A stretch of DNA of 47,253 bases from Rhopilema esculentum. Lineage: Eukaryota. Below, one piece after another: positions 44,672-47,253 of this stretch (within the stretch, counting starts at the first letter, position 1; the number at the start of each line of letters is the position of its first letter). Below the pieces are notes generated by a model, which ran no database searches, was not told the origin of the DNA, and worked only from the letters and a program-made list of their open reading frames with translations. The stretch is taken from NCBI RefSeq assembly GCF_013076305.1, contig NW_027019762.1, positions 5,477,008 through 5,524,260 of the forward strand. The letters are read 5' to 3'. Made by a program: the position numbers and the translations under genes.

Positions 44672-47253
44672 CATGAGGGGGAAACCATGGACACTTAGAG
44701 GAAACTATGAAAAAAAATTTGAAAAAAGAATGGTTGGATATTACAGCTTAACTAGAATATTACCTAAGTATGCATATTTTGTGCATTAAAGATACTTGAC
44801 AATTAGTTGGCAGTATTGATGATAAGCAAAGCAACTGATCAGGGTTGAGCTGAGGGGTTTTGCTGATACCGCATTATGCTGTCCTGTCATCACTGTCATC
44901 ACGAGATAGCGAATCTGTGCAAGCACATCTTACTTCTTATTCAAGTCTTCTTAGCTCGGTCAATGTTAAATATCTGTTGCATACTTAAATATATGTTGCA
45001 TATTTTGCAATATGCATTGCTAGATTTTGATGGAAACAATTAAAACGACTAAGTATAGAACCCTCTGCAAGAAAGCTTTGAGCCCTCGATGAAATAGATA
45101 AATAGGCCTATCGTTACTTGCTCGTTCTCGGCGATTAACTTGCAAGTCTATTTCTTGAAGCATAAAAATAAAAACAGATTAGACCTTTTCGTTCGCACCT
45201 TTTTCACTTACTGAACATATCTTCCTCCGTCTGAGGGTGCGATTTGCTGCAATCAAACCAGTCGTGACACTGACAAAATTTCCTTCCGCAACTGCAACAA
45301 GAACAACAACAGTAATGACTTATGACGTCACCTTGCTCAAATTAGCCTGATTCGTCATATTCCATGGATTCTTTTAAAAGGGCTAATTTTGGACGAAAAT
45401 TGTTTATGATTTTTGTTACGGTAGAAAGGTATAATTCAATATCGTGTACTTAGTTCACGTGGTTATCAAAATGAACTTTTGTTAAATTTTAACTATTGTC
45501 CTGTTCTAGCTTTCAATTGGTTGCAACATTGTCCTGTTATCATTGGCAGTGGCGGAAACTGCAGGGGTGTGGGAGATGGGGGGGGGGGCTGTAGGGTTAC
45601 AGTTTTACCAAGAAGGGCTAACAAATTGTAGACTGAGAGGCGTAGTCTAATCATACCTTCAGATAATTTTGGTAAGCCAAATCGTATTAAAGTTCCCCCT
45701 CAGATCCGGTCCAAACAACATGATTTTTTCATTATAAACTAATTTAAAGATGAAGACTTCAATTCTGACATTTTTTCAACTTTTTTCATTGACATCCTCC
45801 ATCTTAGTAATTTTTGTTACTAAGACGTAAAAAACACTGTCGAATTCAGTGCAAATTCAAAGTGGCTGCACAAAACTACAGCTTGATGCTGGGCCAGTAA
45901 TATTCCCTTTATGCCCTTCTTTACCAGAAAAAGAGATAACTTCCAAATAACGTATAATCCCAAAAATTGCAAACTTTTCAATTAAAAAGTGCGCACATGA
46001 ACAAGAGGGTGTTTTGAGAGTACCTAGGACTCAAAACCCGGAAAATAGTTATGAAAAACGGAAAACCAGGACTTGGAAATTGGAAAATCCTGAGACAAAT
46101 ATGTATATTTCAACGTGGTTCACCTTTTCCTGTGTTCTGCATTAAAAGACCTTCGTACCCGCAGTTATTACCAGCAAGAATATTTGCCTGCAAGGCACAG
46201 GGTAGATCCTTGCCTTTTTTCTCCAAATAAAGATGTCATCAGTGTTTGCAGAAGAACAGAATTTTAGGGAAATTTGTCGTAGATTGCGGAAATCTGGCAA
46301 TTTCTCAACGGAACGAGGGAATTCTACACACTTGACGGACGCAGATTTTTTCAAAATAATACACGGATTGCAGAAATTTCAAAATGTTTAGCGGGATTCT
46401 TAACCTGCTCCTTGATGGATAGGATTTCATCATCGCATGTTTTGATCTTGTTAACTTGTAAGTTGTTCATAAATAAACTTATAAACATTCAGAAGTGGCT
46501 CCAGAAATCTTCCGACAGAGGGGCTGGAGCTTCCAACAGGGGGGGGGGGCTAAATTTACTATAATATGCAGTTTTCGTACGTTACTTTGTCAAATTTGCT
46601 CCGACAATAACCTAAAATTTTCTTCCCATAGGGGGCTGGATGCTTCCGATAGAGGGACTGTCGTGCCCTAGCCCTCCCCTGGCGCCACCACTGTATACAT
46701 TCTATTGCCCAGTTGCCCCCTATCTGCTATTTTTTACCAGAAAGTACTTATTTCCACATTGTAAGAGCGTGTATGTTGAATAAAAGTTGTTCAGCATGAA
46801 ACCGTCTTTCAGAATATGTACATAAAATGTGGTTTTAGCGACATCAAAATTTGAACCCCTGCTGATCAGTGCGCCATATGGGATTTGCCCAAATAAGGAA
46901 TTCCCAATGTCCAATTGATGGGACTTTTTTCTGGTTATTCCCAGTATCGTATGGAACCTATGTGCCAAATTACAGCTTTTAATTATTTTTGTCCGGGTAA
47001 AATCATACTTCCACCACACCATTGCTTTTCGCTTGAATTCTATGGTTTCAATCTCCTTTTAGTCTATAGCTGAAACTATTTCATCTATTTTAGTTTCATA
47101 TTTTTGCCTTCTATAAGGTAAAAAATCAATTTTGGAAAATCGTTTTAAAACTTTAAAGCATACAAAAGCTTTTCGTCTGGCATTCTTCAGTGTAGTAGCT
47201 CAACCAATAAACCGAAACATTTCGTCTCGGTTGGTAGGCTTGTTGTGGCCGAC

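Noticed and set aside
1-47253. Prokaryotic-style interpretation of the ORF track (operons, CRISPR, rRNA or tRNA, defence systems)
   Set aside because: The sequence is clearly eukaryotic, with multi-exon genes, canonical GT-AG introns and orthology to metazoan PARP4, B3GNTL1 and actin. The ORF track uses alternative start codons; for example the M of 3000..3365 and 8933..9298 is a TTG. I found no CRISPR-like spacer-repeat arrays, rRNA or convincing tRNA.

Overview
This 47 kb window is eukaryotic and looks like an AT-rich invertebrate metazoan locus, not a prokaryotic or accessory region. The evidence is spliced genes with GT-AG introns and polypyrimidine acceptor tracts. The supplied ORF track uses bacterial-style start codons, so it only picks up fragments of exons. 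All genes I could support lie on the minus strand:

- **PARP4 (vault PARP) ortholog.** The coding sequence looks near-complete, about 33016-43511 in roughly 10 exons, with BRCT, PARP regulatory and catalytic, VIT and VWA domains and the C-terminal TSFVAVE region. It aligns with human PARP4 along its whole length.
- **B3GNTL1-like glycosyltransferase.** Exons fall between 15408 and 19708. The N-terminal exon or exons and one junction are unresolved.
- **Actin-related protein.** Two 5' exons (32329-32457 and 31719-31848) carry the conserved actin intron position after GRPRHQ.
- **Tandem array of three paralogous exons** (31148-31299, 30410-30495, 30080-30156). Each enters in phase 2 and leaves in phase 1, and all share a near-identical GTAAGTCTGAA donor. 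Two further exons follow at 29298-29381 and 28576-28705 with weak similarity to the small acidic protein (SMAP) family.
- **Proline-rich exon** (27334-27991) with 21-residue PPLPPP-containing tandem repeats.
- **Two diverged paralogous terminal exons** (3000-3382 and 8933-9315), each with a conserved acceptor and stop. They tentatively resemble the C-terminal half of a fibrinogen-related domain.

Repeats include a 1050 bp non-autonomous hAT-like element (43622-44671) about 110 bp upstream of the PARP4 ATG, with 14 bp terminal inverted repeats and 8 bp target-site duplications. There are also two 98%-identical copies of a ~375 bp SINE-like repeat, a 113 bp near-perfect palindrome, a ~140 bp satellite-like tandem repeat and several mini- and microsatellites. 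No rRNA, tRNA, CRISPR or prokaryotic operon structure was found. All coordinates were derived by hand and may be off by a few nucleotides.
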